From: Podarcis liolepis
Lineage: Eukaryota
Assembly (NCBI GenBank): GCA_965112155.1
Contig: OZ218099.1
Strand: one strand, 5' to 3'
DNA length: 64,000 nt
Below the pieces are notes generated by a model that had not been told where the DNA came from, did no database searches, and worked only from the letters and a program-made list of their open reading frames with translations. Shown here one piece after another: positions 62,402 to 64,000 of the stretch (positions are counted from its first letter, which is position 1; each line of letters begins with the position of its first letter). Made by a program: the position numbers and the translations under genes.

Positions 62402-64000
62402 TATTTTACTCTTGCCCTTTAATATCTGTATATAAATATATCTTTGAATGTTCTCATCTTCTTGGATTCCTATATCCTTCCCTCACCACATAGACCCACC
62501 TTTTTTCACTCAACCCCAGGTTGATTTCAATCATGGACATCCTCTGAACTTTGTCCTGTGTGGCCATACCATCTCCCGCAGGGCCCCTCCATCTCCAGTT
62601 CAAATGGTGGCTCAAGCTCCACAGGGCTTTCCCCTATGTGGAGGGCTGGGATTACAAAACTTCACAGCAGGGAGATAATGAGGAGTGGTATCATTGTCCT
62701 GCTGACCCTGGGCCTACTACTGGCACAACAGCTGCACCACTCTCCCCTAAGAGTCAGTTCCAGTGCTGGCCAAAGTTCTTTCTTCCTGCAAATCCCCTAA
62801 CTCCTTGATATGGGCTGGCTGCCTCTGATCTTGTCCAAGCATTAGTATCCATTTACACGACAAGCCCAAAACTTCTTAATTAATCTGAAAGCAGCTGCAG
62901 CACTGGCCTGAGACAGGCAGGAATTGTGCCCTTGTACCAGTGGGTTCCTGACTGAGTGCTGGACCTGATTAGCAGCTTTGCTAATGAACTTAGGTTCATT
63001 TCTGTAAGCCTTACTAATTTCTGTATAAGAGATTCAGTGCAGCGGTAGGGAAACTATGGAAGGGCACCTAACAGTTAATATGTTGTGCATGACTAATAAT
63101 CTTGATCCTTTTCTCCCCTGCCTTTGATCATTATGAGGTTTCTTCTATCAATGAAAGGTCAGAGCAACAAGAAAAGGCCCCTTCTACAGAGACCTTGCTT
63201 TCCCCTTGTCGTTTCTTTTCATTCCCACTCTCCAAGAACAATTCACGCAGATTCCAAGTTTGATCTCACACTTACTACCAAATAGAATCACCATACCACC
63301 ACCCCCAAAAATTCTAGCATTTAATTAATTCATCCTTAAATATATAGCCGTTCCATGCTGACAGCAGCTTCAGGCATGACCTGAATGAAGTCAGGAGACC
63401 AGGAAGTGCAGGTGCTTCGCTCTTTTCCTTTCCCCACATCTCTTATCCAGTGTTACTCGATACAATAATTATTGTGCATGGACAAGAATTAGGAGATACA
63501 GTCCCCCTTTACTCTTTATTTCATGTTTTAATTACAAATTTCTGAATTCTCCTGAGTATTAGCACCTAAAGCATCTGAGTTAGGGGCAGGGAACTTCTTT
63601 TCCTCTAACTTCTAAGTTTGTAAGAATTGTTGGTGATGCCACCAGAGTGGTATGACATGGAAAGGCTGCATGTCTTTGCAAGGGAGAAGATGGGGAAAAG
63701 AGCACAGAACAGGGTAACCCTAAACTATTTAAACTATATTAGGTGTGAAGGGCAGTTGATATACCTAGGGTCAAACTAGATGAGATGCAGGAAATCTGTG
63801 ATTGGCTCTCTTGAAGTTTCTTGGGTTTTGGGTGGTGGTGGTTTTTTTTAAAGCAGCTGCGGGGGCCCTTGAATGGAATGAGGCAGTGGCACTGGGAGAG
63901 GGATTAATTCCCCCCCCACACACACACGGATTTCCCAGTCTAAATCACATTTCCCCTCAAAGCTGAGGGGGGAAAATATATGGCTGCCTGTATACTATTT

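Noticed and set aside
62676-62710. NEEWY in ORF 62551..62808 resembling the next SEMA3F exon (NEELYAGVYIDF)
   Set aside because: There is no acceptor or pyrimidine tract in the right phase and similarity stops after 5 residues. The real exon is probably beyond 64000.
62558-62800. ORF with a signal-peptide-like stretch (MRSGIIVLLTLGLLLAQQ)
   Set aside because: Short intronic ORF with no recognisable domain or splice structure; likely chance.
1-64000. A novel multi-gene system, endogenous virus or horizontally acquired gene
   Set aside because: No long ORFs apart from LINE remnants and SEMA3F exons, and no viral or bacterial motifs recognised. A translated database search would be needed to exclude highly decayed elements.

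Overview
Vertebrate genomic DNA, most likely from a squamate reptile and probably a lacertid lizard. This is inferred from the repeats: a Sauria SINE, a BovB LINE, Squam3-like SINEs with (CTT)n tails, and a tRNA-Lys/CR1 SINE. The window covers part of SEMA3F (semaphorin-3F) on the + strand. Five coding exons with canonical AG/GT boundaries splice in frame: 49445-49605, 51267-51329, 53435-53554, the cassette exon 55268-55357, and 61391-61484. They encode the N-terminal part of the Sema domain. I did not find the signal-peptide exon or the next downstream exon, so 1-49444 is probably one very large intron and the gene continues past 64000. The rest is intronic and rich in transposons: six copies of one Tigger/pogo-type MITE, several hAT and PIF/Harbinger-type MITEs with target-site duplications (TSDs), L2/CR1/BovB LINE fragments, SINEs, a Penelope-like fragment and microsatellites. 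Nearly all ORFs in the supplied track are spurious or transposon-derived. I see no convincing new multi-gene system. The best leads are a minimal hammerhead-ribozyme motif (4498-4535), the diverged cassette exon with its splicing-motif cluster and a possible 11-nt poison microexon, a Sauria-SINE/CR1-tail chimera, an 80-bp MADE1-like hairpin MITE, and an inverted-MITE-flanked exon block that would give a stop-free circular ORF. Repeat-family names and homology to human SEMA3F come from recall, not from database searches.
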